A stretch of 64,000 bases of DNA from NCBI GenBank assembly GCA_903873805.1, contig CAIQQB010000106.1:102672-166671 (forward strand), given 5' to 3'. The position numbers were made by a program, and so were the translations under genes. The notes beneath the pieces are model-generated. The model saw only the letters and a list, made by a program, of their open reading frames with translations, searched no databases and was not told where the DNA came from. How positions within the stretch are numbered: the stretch's first letter is position 1; each line of letters opens with the position of its first letter. Of the stretch, positions 1 to 9,782 are shown piece after piece. Source of the stretch: an uncultured Opitutia bacterium (GTDB taxonomy: Bacteria; Verrucomicrobiota; Verrucomicrobiia; Opitutales; Opitutaceae).

Positions 1-1
1 G

Positions 2-283
2 GGGATCAGGCTGCAGGTCATCTACAGTGGAAAATATCTGCTGGGCGGGGTTTTTGTCGCCATCCTCCTGCTGCTGATCTGGGAGAACACCCAAGCGGCG
101 CGGCTGGCGCGGATCTTCGAGCAGCGCAGCGAACCCAACCTCAGCTTTGAAACCGCCGTGGTGCGCAGGGTCGGGAAGACGGTGGTGGGAATGGAGCGGT
201 TGGGCAATTTTCTCCTGCCCGACATGGGCAGTTTCCGCTGGTACCGCCGGCTGAAACGCTATTTTCGCAGAGACAAGCGTTAG
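2..283 (+). CDS. 3' end of a gene truncated by the window edge. It encodes a hydrophobic protein C-terminus (…GKYLLGGVFVAILLLLIWENTQAARLARIFEQRSEPNLSFETAVVRRVGKTVVGMERLGNFLLPDMGSFRWYRRLKRYFRRDKR*).
   Basis: Open frame from nt 2 to the TAG at 281-283 with codon usage typical of this genome. It is missing from the ORF track because it has no start codon. It converges on the EamA gene. Confidence 0.4.
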   Translation, partial: GIRLQVIYSGKYLLGGVFVAILLLLIWENTQAARLARIFEQRSEPNLSFETAVVRRVGKTVVGMERLGNFLLPDMGSFRWYRRLKRYFRRDKR

Positions 284-290
284 GCCTGCT

Positions 291-1226
291 TCAGGCGGAG
301 GGTGCCGGACTGCGTTGCATGGTGATGAGGGCCACGGCGGCGACGATGATGGCGGAGGCGGCGAGGGTGCGGGCGGTGACGGCTTCGTGTCCCAGCAGCC
401 AGCCGAGCAGCACGGCAACCACGGGATTGACGTAGGCATAGGTGGCCACGCGCGCGGGGGTACTGTGCTTCATCAGCCAGACAAACGTGGAGAAGCCGAC
501 TAGCGAACCCATCAGAACCAGATAGATGAAGGCGCCCCAGGCCGGCGGCGAAACGGCGGTCAGATCGAGTCCCCTCAGATCACCGTGCAGCAGGGAAGTG
601 AGCAGCAGTCCGGCCCCGCCGCCCAGCATCTGCAACGCGGCCGCGAGCAGCGGTTCGGCGCCGCTCCGGACATGCCGGGAGTGGATCGAACCCACGGACC
701 AGGAAAGGCAGGCGGCCAGCAGGGCGATCACTCCGGCCGGCGGCAGCCCGCCGCCAGCGGCGCTCGCCCACGGGGCGGCCAGCCAGACCACGCCGCCCAG
801 CCCCAGCAGCAGGGCGAGAAGCGTCATCCCTGCGGGCCGCCGGCCGCCGGGCCACGCCCAGGCCGTCAGCACCATGAAGAGCGGAGTGACCCCGATCAGA
901 AGCGCCGCGACCCCGGACGGAATGACGAGCTCGGCCCAGGAGACCAGCCCGTTGCCCCCGACGAGCAGAAACAGTCCGGAAATGACATTGTCCCCCCACT
1001 GCCGGGCGGTCGGCGACGCGGCCCCACGGACGCGGAGAAAAGTCAGCAGCCCGAGTCCGGCGAGGGCAAAGCGGGCGCCGCCGAGGAAGAACGGGGGCAG
1101 GGGCGAAGGCGAGGACACTGCGATCCGGATGGCGAGGTAGGTCGAGCCCCACACCAGATAAATCGTGGCGAAGGCGGCGACAAGCGCGGCGCGTGACGGA
1201 GCAGTCGGACGCATGAGGGCCGTCAT
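291..1226 (-). CDS. EamA/DMT-family (drug/metabolite transporter) membrane protein
   Basis: 311 aa with about 10 predicted TM helices and a duplicated EamA-like hydrophobic pattern. ATG at 1226. Confidence 0.65.
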   Translation of the reverse strand: MTALMRPTAPSRAALVAAFATIYLVWGSTYLAIRIAVSSPSPLPPFFLGGARFALAGLGLLTFLRVRGAASPTARQWGDNVISGLFLLVGGNGLVSWAELVIPSGVAALLIGVTPLFMVLTAWAWPGGRRPAGMTLLALLLGLGGVVWLAAPWASAAGGGLPPAGVIALLAACLSWSVGSIHSRHVRSGAEPLLAAALQMLGGGAGLLLTSLLHGDLRGLDLTAVSPPAWGAFIYLVLMGSLVGFSTFVWLMKHSTPARVATYAYVNPVVAVLLGWLLGHEAVTARTLAASAIIVAAVALITMQRSPAPSA

Positions 1227-1307
1227 GCTGGCACGGCCACGCGGCGGGGAAAGGCCAAAGCGGAGGGCTCCTCCGGCGGGGCACCGGGTCCGACACCGGG
1301 ACGGGGC

Positions 1308-2036
1308 TCACTTCCGCCGGAGCCGGTTCCACCAGGCCCGGATCCGATACGCCTGCAGGCGGGTGACGGCAAAGGGAGCGGCGGCGTCCGCCAAATTGTC
1401 GGCGCTGACGCGGTAGAGCAGGGGTTGCGACCAGTCGCGGTTGCCCGCCTGGCCGATGCGGAAGGCGTGGCGGTAGTGCCGGCGGGTGAGGGCGAGCGCG
1501 CGGCTGGAAAAACGGCCGTAGGGAAAGACAAAGTTTTCGACGGTCACGCCGAGCCGTTCCGCGAGCAGCCGCTGGGGCCCGACGATTTCCTGCTCGAGGT
1601 CGGCGGCGGGATCATCGAGGCGGACATGGTTGAGTCCGTGGGCGGCGATGGTGACCCGGCCGCTCCCCGCGAGTTCCCGGAGCTCGGGCCAGGTGCACAG
1701 GCCGTAGGTGCATTCCGGCGTTTGCAGGCCGAGGTCGGGCTGGACCAGGCGGATTTCGGGCGCCACGCCTGTCGCCTCGCTGCAGAGGCCGGGCGCCACG
1801 GCCAGCATTGCGGGCAGGGAGTATTTTTCCAGCAACGGGAACACCACCCGGTGGAAGTCAAAATACGCGTCGTCGAAGCTGAGGCAGACGTTGAGCCGGC
1901 CGGAGGCCAGGGGCTGGCCGGGGCGGACGCAGGGGTAATGTCGGGCGACGTGCGCGAAGTGGGCCTCGAGCAGGGCGGGGTCGTTGCCGTGCGGGCCGGC
2001 CTGGGCCCGGTGATACATGAGAACCAGCAGGTTCAT
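1308..2036 (-). CDS. polysaccharide deacetylase family protein
   Basis: 242 aa carrying the NodB-like motif 'LSFDDAY', a conserved His and a 'TIAAHGLNH' motif. ATG at 2036. Confidence 0.65.
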   Translation of the reverse strand: MNLLVLMYHRAQAGPHGNDPALLEAHFAHVARHYPCVRPGQPLASGRLNVCLSFDDAYFDFHRVVFPLLEKYSLPAMLAVAPGLCSEATGVAPEIRLVQPDLGLQTPECTYGLCTWPELRELAGSGRVTIAAHGLNHVRLDDPAADLEQEIVGPQRLLAERLGVTVENFVFPYGRFSSRALALTRRHYRHAFRIGQAGNRDWSQPLLYRVSADNLADAAAPFAVTRLQAYRIRAWWNRLRRK

Positions 2037-2189
2037 GGACGGCGGGAGAAAAGGGTGGGAGGGGAAGTCACGGTTTGGGAGTGCGGGCGCACGGGGCCAT
2101 GGGACCGGGAGGATGCCGCAGGGGGTGGAGCTTGTCCATCCGGCGTGGGTTAATTGCCGGCAGGGCGCCGTCCTACGGGAAGCGGCGGC

Positions 2190-2852
2190 TCACTCCCGCC
2201 GCTCGTTCTCGATCCAGCGGACGGCTTCGCGCATCAGCTCGGAGACGTTCGCCAGCCCGAGCTTGTCCTTGATCCGGGCGCAATAGGCCTGGACGGTTTT
2301 CATGCTGAGCCGCAGGTCCTCGGCGATGCGGCGCGTGCCCTGGCCCTGGCCGAGCCGGCGAAACACATCGAGTTCCCGGTCGCTGAGGGTCTCGACGGTG
2401 CCGGCGGCCCGGCCCGGGCCGCGGCCGACCATGCGTTCCGCGAGCTGGCCGAGCAGTTCGGGACTGGCATAGATCTGCCCCGCGTGCACGGCGCGGATGG
2501 CCGCAATGATCCGGCTGGTGGACTCGCGCTTGGTTACATAGCCCGAGGCGCCGGCCCGCAGCGCGCGCTCGGCGTACAGCACCTCCTCATGCATCGACAG
2601 CACGACGATCCGCGGCGCGGGTTTGCGCGCGAGGAGATCCTTGATGAGATCAAACCCCGAGCCGCTCTGCAGCGAGAGATCGATGACTGCCACGTCGGGT
2701 GGGCGGGCGGCCATGCCGGCGAGCGCATCGGCGGCGTTTTCGGCCTGTCCGCACATTTCGAAATCGGGTTGTTGGCGCAGCAGGGTCGCCAGCCAGTCGC
2801 GCACCAGCGGGTGGTCGTCAACGATGAAAACTCGGATGCGCGGGCTGGGCAT
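2190..2852 (-). CDS. two-component response regulator of the NarL/FixJ (LuxR-type HTH) family; orphan (no histidine kinase in the window)
   Basis: The REC domain has 'RVFIVDDHPLVR' and the phospho-acceptor Asp in 'VAVIDLSL'. The C-terminal LuxR HTH reads 'LSDRELDVFRRLGQGQGTRRIAEDLRLSMKTVQAY'. It starts 48 nt downstream of the giant coiled-coil gene on the same strand. Confidence 0.85.
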   Translation of the reverse strand: MPSPRIRVFIVDDHPLVRDWLATLLRQQPDFEMCGQAENAADALAGMAARPPDVAVIDLSLQSGSGFDLIKDLLARKPAPRIVVLSMHEEVLYAERALRAGASGYVTKRESTSRIIAAIRAVHAGQIYASPELLGQLAERMVGRGPGRAAGTVETLSDRELDVFRRLGQGQGTRRIAEDLRLSMKTVQAYCARIKDKLGLANVSELMREAVRWIENERRE

Positions 2853-2900
2853 GGGTGGAGTGGGAGCGGGCGGGCTTCACGGCCTGAGCCGGGGCGCCAT

Positions 2901-5900
2901 TCAGGGAATCCGCAGTTTCTGACCGGCGCGGAGCGAGTTTTCTCCCTTAAGCACGTCACGGTTGGCCTCGTAGATCTCCTGCCAGCGGTTGGGGGTGCCG
3001 TAGTAGCGCAGGCTGATCCGGGTGAGCGTCTCCCCTTCGGCCACCAGGTGGTAGCGCGGCTGGTCGGCGTCGGTCCCGCCGGAGGAGGGCGTGGCCGGAG
3101 TCGGCAACGGGCCGGCGCCGGGATTGATCAGACGTGCGGCTGAAGCGATCTGGTCGAGGGTGCTCTGGGCCTGCCGCAGGCGGGCGCTGAGCGCGCTGTT
3201 TTCCTGCTGGGCCTGGGCCAGGCGGGCACCCCGGTCGCGGTCGAGGGCCTGCACCTGTTCGCTCAGGCGGGCATTGTCGGCCTGGAGGCTGGCGAGCGTC
3301 TGCTGGCCGGCCGTCAGTCGGGCGTTGTCGGCCTGGAGGCTGGACAGCTGGGCGTTGACGCCGTCCAGCGACTGACGGAGCTGCTCCCGTTCCGTCGCGA
3401 TCTTCTCGTTCGTTCCGGTCAGCTCGGCGACGCTGGCGTTGTGCTGTTCGACGGCCTTGTCCGATTCGGCGAGGCGGGCCTTGAGCTCGGCGAGCTCGAT
3501 GCGGCTCTTGTCTGCCTCGGTGCGGACGGCGTCGGCCTGGGTGCGCGCGTCATCGGCGGCCTGCTGGAGCTGGCTGAGACGGGCGGCGTCGGCCTGGGCC
3601 GCGGCCAGCTGCTTGGCGAGGGCGGCTTTTTCCGTTTCCAGCCGGGTCTTGGCCGCGGTGAGATCGTCCACGGCGGCGTTCTGCTGCCGGGTCAGGCTTT
3701 CGGTGGCGGTGTACCGGGGTTTGAGTTCGGCCAGTTCGGCGCGGGCCTGGTCGAGGAGCGGTCGCAGTTGGGCGAGCTGCTGCTGCAGGTCCGTATTGGA
3801 GGTGGTGAGCTTGTCGTTGAGCCCCGTCAGCTCGGCGACGCTGGCGTTATGCTGTTCGACGGCCTTGTCGGATTCGGCGAGCTTGGCTTTGAAATCGGCC
3901 AGGGCGGAACGGTTCCGGTCGGCCTCGACCTGGCTGGACTCGGCCTGGGCGCGGGCGGCGTCGGCTTCCTGCTGGAGCCGGCTGTTGGTGGTGGCGAGAT
4001 CGCGGGCCTTGGCGGCGAGTTGGTCGGCCTCGGTCTTGGACATGGAGTCCTCGGTGGACTTGGAGTCGAGCAGCGCGCGGTTGGCTTCCGCGAGGAGTTT
4101 GTTGGTGTCGCGCGAGCGGCTGAGCTGGTCGGCGAGCTGGGAGATTTCACGGGCCGAGTTGCCGCGGTCCTCCTCGAGCTGAGATTCGACCTGCTGCACG
4201 CGCGCCTGGAGGGTGTGGATTTCCAGCTGGGAGGCGGCGGCGGCGGGCACGGCGGCGGCGGCGGCGGCCTGCGCAGCGAGGGCGGCGGCGGTGCCCTGTT
4301 TGGCGACTTCGAGATCCTTTTCGAGGGAATCATTCCGCCCGGTGAGCTCGGCGACGGTCTTCTGGCTGCTGTCGAGGGCCTTGTTGGCTTCGTCCAGCTG
4401 GCTGGCCAGCAGGGTCGCGTTGCCACCCGTTGCCTGGGCTTGCTGGGCGGCGGCGAGGGCGATCCTGAGCCGGGCCACTTCCGCGGCGGCCGTCGCGGCG
4501 TCGCGGCTGCCGGCGGACAGCTGCTGGTTGTCCGCCGTGAGGCGCTGCACCTCGGCCTGCAAACCGCTGACCGTCTGGCTGAGCTTGGCGGAAGCGGCGC
4601 GCTCATTGCTGAGCTGGGTGGCAAGCTGCGAGACGGCGGCATGATCCTGCGCCTGATCGCTGGCGGTGGCGGCGAGCTGCTCATTGCGGGCGGCCAGATC
4701 GGCGCGGGCCTTGTCCAGCGCCGCGTTGGCCGAGCGCTGTTCGTCGAGCTGCGCGGACAGAGCCGCGAGCTGCTGCCGCAGGACGGCGTCCTGTTTGGTC
4801 TGGTCGGCGGCGGTGGAGAGTCGGGCGTTGGCCTCGGCCAGCTGCAGGCGCAGGGCGCCGAGGTTGTGTTCGGCGTCGGTGGAAGTTTTGTCGCGGGCGG
4901 CGAGGGCGTCGCGGGCGGCAGTCTGGGCTTGGGCGGCGGCCTGCTGGGAGGCGGCGAGGGTCTTGCTGGTGTCGTCCAACTGGGCGCCGAGGGCGGCCTG
5001 TTCCTTCTGGGCGGCAGTGAGGGCGGCCTTGAGCCGGGTGTTTTCGGCCGCGGCAGCGGTTGCCTCCTGGGTGGTGGCGGCGAGGCTCTGTTTCTCGGCG
5101 GCGAGCCGCTGGTTTTCCGCCGTCAGGGCGGTGAGTCGGGCGGCCTGATCGGCGGCGTCCTTGGTCAGTTTTTCGGCGGCGGCGCGCTGTTCGGCGAGCT
5201 GCGCGGTCGTGGCGGCGAGTTGCTGCGCCTGGTCGCCGGCCGCGGAGAGGCGCGTGTTGGCGTCGGCCAGCTGCTGCCGCAGCCCCGCCAGTTCGCGCGC
5301 GGCCTCGTCGCGGGCGGCAGTCTGGGCCTGGGCGGCGGTCTGCCGGGCGGCCTCGAGCTCCTTGGCGAGACCGTCGGTTTTGGCGGTGCTCGCCGCAGCG
5401 GCGGCCTGGGTGTCCTTGTTCGTCTTGTTGGCCTCGAACAATTCGGCGGCGAGCCGCGAATTCTCGGTGCGTCGGGTGGCCGTTTCCTGCTGGAGCGTAT
5501 CGAGCTCGGTTTTGAGGCGGGTGAGTTCGGCGGCGTCGGCACCCGACGCTTCGGCGGGTGCCGTGCTCAAGCGCTGGTTGTCCGCGGCCAGCTTGTCGGC
5601 CCGGGCGGTTAGGTCGGTGTTGGCCTGGGCGAGCTTGTCCGCAGCGGCTTGCTGGGCCGCGAGCTTGGTCGTGAGGTCGGTGACCTGCTGGCGCAGCGTG
5701 GTGGTCTGGGCGGCCTGGTCGCCGCTGCCGGCCTGCGCGGTGGCGAGCTGGGCGGCCAGCTTGTCGCGGTCGGTCCGCGCCTGGGCGGCGGCTTGCTGGG
5801 CGACGGCCAGAGCGCGGCCGGCGTCGTCGAGCTGCGTCTGCAGGGCGGCGAGATTCGGCTGGGCGGCGGCGGATTTCTGGGCGTCCGCGGTGAGCTGGTC

Positions 5901-8681
5901 GACCTTCGCCGCCAGATTGGCGTTGGCCTTTTCGAGTTTGGTGCCGGTGTCGGTCTGGGCGGCGGCGGCCTGCGTGAGCCGGTCGTTGGCGGCCCGCTGG
6001 TCCGCGAGCTGTTTCGTGGCGTCGGCAAGCTGTTGCTGCAGGGCGGCGAGGTCGCGGCTTCCGGTCTGGGCGGTGGCGAGGGCGGCGATGGCCTTGTCCC
6101 GCTCGGCCTGGGCCGCCGCGGCGGCCTGCTGGGCGGCGGTGAGCTTGGTCTGGAGGGCGGCGAGATCGGGCCGGTCAGCCGAGGCTTTCTGGGTGTCGGC
6201 GGTGAGCTGGTCGACGCGGGCGGTCAGTTCGGTGTTGGTTCTTTCGAGGTTGGCGGCGACGGTCTGTTGGGTGGCGGCCGACTGGGTGAGCTCTTCGTTG
6301 GTCGTGCGCTGGGCGGCAAGCTGGGCGGTGAGATCGGCCACCTGCTGGCGGAGGGTCCCCTGGGTCTGGGCGGCGGCCTGCTGGGCGGCGGCGAGATCGG
6401 CGTTGGCCTTGTCGCGTTCGGTCTGTGAGAGCTTCACATTCGTGGCGCGCAAGTCGGCCACCAGGGCGTTGGCCGCGGCCATCTGCTGGCGCTGGGTGGC
6501 CCGTTCCTGGTCGGCGCTGCTGTGGGCGGCGGCAAGGTCCGTGGTGGCCTTGTCGCGGGCGGCGAGGGCGTCGCGGGAGGCGGTCTGGGCCTGGGCGGCG
6601 GCCTGCTGGGCGAGCACGAGCGCCTTGTTGGCGGCATCGAGCTGGGTCGCGAGCTTGTCATTCATGGCATGCTCGGCGGCGGATTTCCGGGCGTCGGCGG
6701 CGAGCTGGTCGTTGCGGACGGCGAAGTCGGAGTTGGCCTTTTCCAGCCGTGTGACGATGGCCTGCTGGGTGGCGGCGCTCACGGCGAGCTTGTCATTGGC
6801 GGCGCGCAGCTCGGCGAGCTGCGCCGTGGTGGCCTCGAGCTGCTGTTTGAGCGCCGTGGTCTGCTGGGTCTGGTTTCCGGCCGCGGCCACGCGCGCGGTG
6901 GCGTCACTCAGCTGGGCCTGGGCCGCCACCAGTTCGCGGGCGGCGGCTGTCCGGGCGCGCTCGGCGTCGGTGGCGAGCTGGGTCTGGGCGGCGACGGCGG
7001 CGTGGTCCTTTTCGGTCTGAAGGGCGAGCTTGGCGTTGGCGGCGCGGAGTTCCGCCAGCTGGCGTTCGGCATCGGGATTGGCGGCGGGAGTGGCCGGCGG
7101 GGTCGCGGCGAGTCGGCTGTTGTCGGCGATCAGGCTGGCCTTCTCCGTCGCGAGGCGCTCGTTGTCGGCGCGCAGTCCGGCGATGACCGCGTTGAGCGCG
7201 GCGTCGGAGGCGGGGGGAGTGCTGGCGGCGTCGGCGCCGGCGGGCTGGGTGGCCGTGGCGCTCAGCTGGCGGCGGATGTTGCCGAGTTCGATGGAGGCGC
7301 TTTTCACCTCGTCGTTGAGCCGGCGATTGTCGTCGGAAAGACTGCGGATGTGGTTTTCGTCGTCGGCGAGGCTCTGGCGGAGACGGGTGGCGTCGTCGGC
7401 GCCGGCGGTGCCGGTGGCGGCGGTGACGCGGAGTTGGGCGTTTTCGGCGGTGAGCTGTTCGACGCTGGCGCGGGCGGCGGCGAGCTGCGCGGTGAGATCG
7501 GGTGACGGCTGGGGGGCGGGGGTGGCGGCGGCCTTTTCGCGGGCGAGCTGCTGGTTGGTCTCGACCAGCTGGAGGTTGGTGGCGCGGGCCTGGGCAAGTT
7601 CCGTTTCCAGGCTGCGGACCCGGGCGGCGAGGGCGGCGGTGTCAGCCGATGGTACCGGCACAGCGGCCGGCGTGGGGGCGGGCGTGATGGCGGAGACGGA
7701 GACGGGGGTGGGAGCGCTGGTGCTGGCGGGCGGCGGCCGAGTGGGGCGGGCGGCCTCGGCGAGGAGCGGGGCGGTGGGGGCCAGACGGCTGCGCAGGCTG
7801 GCGAGCTGGGTGCGGCCGGCGGCGAGCTGGGCTTCGGACATGCGCTGCACAACCAGGTCGCGTCCCTTGGGTTCGGAGCCGTTTTCAACCGCGAGGGAGA
7901 GCCAGGCGTAGCCTTCGGGCAGATTGGCTTCAGCCCCGCCGCGGCCTTCGGCGATCATGATGCCGAGGTTGTTCTGGGCCGGCCCGAAGTTTTGTTCGGC
8001 GGCGGCGCGGTAGAGGGTGGCGGCGACGGCGTCGCTGTGGGCGACGCCGCGACCCTCCTCATACATCAGGGCGAGATTGTAGCGGGCGCGGGCGTAACCC
8101 TGGTCGGCGGCGGCCCGGTACCATTGTGCGGCCTTGGTGTCATCCTGCACGACGCCGCGGCCCAGTTCGTAGGCGAGGGCGAGGTTGTGCTGGGCCTCGG
8201 GCAGGCCGCTCTTCGCCGCCTGGCTGAACCAGACGGCCGCCTCGAGGAAATCCTGCTTCACGCCGAGACCGTTGCCATACATGTTGCCGACATTGAACTC
8301 CGCCGGCGGGTAGCCCAGCTGGGCGGACTGCAGGTAGAGCTTGAAGGCCGCGACGAGGTCGGCGGGCTGGTCCCGGCCGGTTTCCGCGAGGGTGCCGAGG
8401 TTGAAGATGGCCGGGGCGTAATGCTTGTCCGCAGCCGCGTGATAAAGCTGGGCGGCCTGGGCGTAATCCTGGGCGACGCCCTCGCCGTTGTTGTAGGCAT
8501 TGCCGAGGAGGGTGAGGGCGGCGGGATCGCCGCTGGCGGCTTTTTCGCGGATGGTGCGGAGGTCGGGCGCGGCGGAGTCGGCGGCGAGGAGGGGCAGGGC
8601 GAGCAGCGCGAGCAGAACCAAAATCTGGCTGGGTTGAAAAGCGGGGAAATGCCGCGATCGAAGGGGGAGCAATTGGGTCAT
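2901..8681 (-). CDS. giant (1926-aa) secreted protein: signal peptide, Sel1/TPR-like repeats, a ~1500-aa Ala/Gln-rich coiled coil with 136-aa tandem repeats, and a C-terminal LysM peptidoglycan-binding domain
   Basis: The likely start is the ATG at 8681 (MTQLLPLRSRHFPAFQPSQILVLLALLALPLLAADS); the ORF-track start at 8690 is a GTG. Sel1 repeats of the form 'A..L..GYP.A.FNVGNMYGNGLGV.QD...A..W' span about 7870-8525. Heptad-rich repeats include 'ESDKAVEQHNASVAELTG' twice, exactly 136 aa apart. The LysM motif 'YHLVAEGETLTRISLRYYG…LRAGQKLRIP' occupies about 2904-3059. Confidence 0.8.
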   Translation of the reverse strand: MTQLLPLRSRHFPAFQPSQILVLLALLALPLLAADSAAPDLRTIREKAASGDPAALTLLGNAYNNGEGVAQDYAQAAQLYHAAADKHYAPAIFNLGTLAETGRDQPADLVAAFKLYLQSAQLGYPPAEFNVGNMYGNGLGVKQDFLEAAVWFSQAAKSGLPEAQHNLALAYELGRGVVQDDTKAAQWYRAAADQGYARARYNLALMYEEGRGVAHSDAVAATLYRAAAEQNFGPAQNNLGIMIAEGRGGAEANLPEGYAWLSLAVENGSEPKGRDLVVQRMSEAQLAAGRTQLASLRSRLAPTAPLLAEAARPTRPPPASTSAPTPVSVSAITPAPTPAAVPVPSADTAALAARVRSLETELAQARATNLQLVETNQQLAREKAAATPAPQPSPDLTAQLAAARASVEQLTAENAQLRVTAATGTAGADDATRLRQSLADDENHIRSLSDDNRRLNDEVKSASIELGNIRRQLSATATQPAGADAASTPPASDAALNAVIAGLRADNERLATEKASLIADNSRLAATPPATPAANPDAERQLAELRAANAKLALQTEKDHAAVAAQTQLATDAERARTAAARELVAAQAQLSDATARVAAAGNQTQQTTALKQQLEATTAQLAELRAANDKLAVSAATQQAIVTRLEKANSDFAVRNDQLAADARKSAAEHAMNDKLATQLDAANKALVLAQQAAAQAQTASRDALAARDKATTDLAAAHSSADQERATQRQQMAAANALVADLRATNVKLSQTERDKANADLAAAQQAAAQTQGTLRQQVADLTAQLAAQRTTNEELTQSAATQQTVAANLERTNTELTARVDQLTADTQKASADRPDLAALQTKLTAAQQAAAAAQAERDKAIAALATAQTGSRDLAALQQQLADATKQLADQRAANDRLTQAAAAQTDTGTKLEKANANLAAKVDQLTADAQKSAAAQPNLAALQTQLDDAGRALAVAQQAAAQARTDRDKLAAQLATAQAGSGDQAAQTTTLRQQVTDLTTKLAAQQAAADKLAQANTDLTARADKLAADNQRLSTAPAEASGADAAELTRLKTELDTLQQETATRRTENSRLAAELFEANKTNKDTQAAAAASTAKTDGLAKELEAARQTAAQAQTAARDEAARELAGLRQQLADANTRLSAAGDQAQQLAATTAQLAEQRAAAEKLTKDAADQAARLTALTAENQRLAAEKQSLAATTQEATAAAAENTRLKAALTAAQKEQAALGAQLDDTSKTLAASQQAAAQAQTAARDALAARDKTSTDAEHNLGALRLQLAEANARLSTAADQTKQDAVLRQQLAALSAQLDEQRSANAALDKARADLAARNEQLAATASDQAQDHAAVSQLATQLSNERAASAKLSQTVSGLQAEVQRLTADNQQLSAGSRDAATAAAEVARLRIALAAAQQAQATGGNATLLASQLDEANKALDSSQKTVAELTGRNDSLEKDLEVAKQGTAAALAAQAAAAAAVPAAAASQLEIHTLQARVQQVESQLEEDRGNSAREISQLADQLSRSRDTNKLLAEANRALLDSKSTEDSMSKTEADQLAAKARDLATTNSRLQQEADAARAQAESSQVEADRNRSALADFKAKLAESDKAVEQHNASVAELTGLNDKLTTSNTDLQQQLAQLRPLLDQARAELAELKPRYTATESLTRQQNAAVDDLTAAKTRLETEKAALAKQLAAAQADAARLSQLQQAADDARTQADAVRTEADKSRIELAELKARLAESDKAVEQHNASVAELTGTNEKIATEREQLRQSLDGVNAQLSSLQADNARLTAGQQTLASLQADNARLSEQVQALDRDRGARLAQAQQENSALSARLRQAQSTLDQIASAARLINPGAGPLPTPATPSSGGTDADQPRYHLVAEGETLTRISLRYYGTPNRWQEIYEANRDVLKGENSLRAGQKLRIP

Positions 8682-8912
8682 TTTGCGCACGCCTCTCGTT
8701 TAGGGTGAAAACCCCAGCGGGCAAGCCGCGAGTTACGAGGCTGGCGGTGAGTGCGCCGCGGCAGGTTATGTTTGGGCCCCCGTTTCCCAGAGCCTGACTC
8801 TACAATCCTCCCTTGAAACCTCGCGTTTGGCTCCCCGTCATCACTTGTGCGCCGGTTCCGGTCGCCCGGTCTGACCTTGGTCTGTTCACCGCGAACGGTA
8901 CCTGTCGACCCC

Positions 8913-9728
8913 ATGAACATCAAAGTGCATATACCCACCCGGCTTGTCCTGGCCCTCGCTCGTGGGCTTGCCGTGGTGATTTGCGGGTTGATTCTTGCGA
9001 CGGTGAAGGCTCAGACCGCATCGCCACTTGCTTGGGGAGTCATTGCGTCCGCTGCCAAATCCACACCGACCCCCGCTTCTGCCGCCGTGCCTGCGCCGTC
9101 AGCCGGCCCGCTGCGGTTTGCCACCGGGTTTGCACCCGCCAACGCAGCGGCGCTGATCGGCAATCAACTGAAGTATCTCGCGGCCCTCGGAAATTTGGGT
9201 CATCCGGATCCCAAGGCACTGCGGACACGACAACCCCTCGCTTGCTATCATTTTGACATCAGTTTTTTTCAGCGGTCAGCCTTCACAACATCCGGCGAAT
9301 TACCAGTCACCAGCACCAAGCCCGACAGATTATATTACATCGTGGAGTTTGCCGGAGATCCTGTTGCCAGCCTCGATCTGGGAACGGGGGCGAATAACCC
9401 TCCTTCTGCAATGGGAAACACCGGTCCCTATCAAAATGGATTGGCCAAAACCGTTGCCCAATCCCTGAAAGAATTGGTGGCGTTGGAGCAGATCAAGTCC
9501 GGGGCGTATGAGCCCCGATTGTTGACGTTCGGATTTCCGCCCAGGGAGGTGATTTGGCTCAAGCAAGTATCAGTGGGATCCGACTTCATTTACCCGGCAG
9601 GCCCGACATCGGGCTATGGGTTGGAACCCAGGACCCTGTATTCCGTGGATGAGTTTCTCGCGACGGTTCTGCCAACTCTAAAACAACAACTGAGTGGCCC
9701 CCGAAAGTTGGGTGGCGGTGGTGACTGA
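8913..9728 (+). CDS. hypothetical secreted protein in a low-GC island (signal peptide MNIKVHIPTRLVLALARGLAVVICGLILATVKAQTA)
   Basis: 272-aa ORF from the ATG at 8913. GC is about 55% with AT-rich third positions against roughly 70% in the flanks. It has no recognisable domain. Confidence 0.45.
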   Translation: MNIKVHIPTRLVLALARGLAVVICGLILATVKAQTASPLAWGVIASAAKSTPTPASAAVPAPSAGPLRFATGFAPANAAALIGNQLKYLAALGNLGHPDPKALRTRQPLACYHFDISFFQRSAFTTSGELPVTSTKPDRLYYIVEFAGDPVASLDLGTGANNPPSAMGNTGPYQNGLAKTVAQSLKELVALEQIKSGAYEPRLLTFGFPPREVIWLKQVSVGSDFIYPAGPTSGYGLEPRTLYSVDEFLATVLPTLKQQLSGPRKLGGGGD

Positions 9729-9782
9729 TGGGGCTGGCCGCAACAGTCGCGGGAGATTCGTTCCGGCAGAGAGAAGCTGATT

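Noticed and set aside
3441-7020. Long plus-strand ORFs (3441..5612, 5161..7020, 6522..7505 and many others) full of G/L/A/R/S runs
   Set aside because: They are antisense to the 5.8-kb coiled-coil gene. Repetitive, high-GC, stop-poor sequence generates long open frames on the opposite strand. Their composition is non-protein-like and they overlap each other in several frames.
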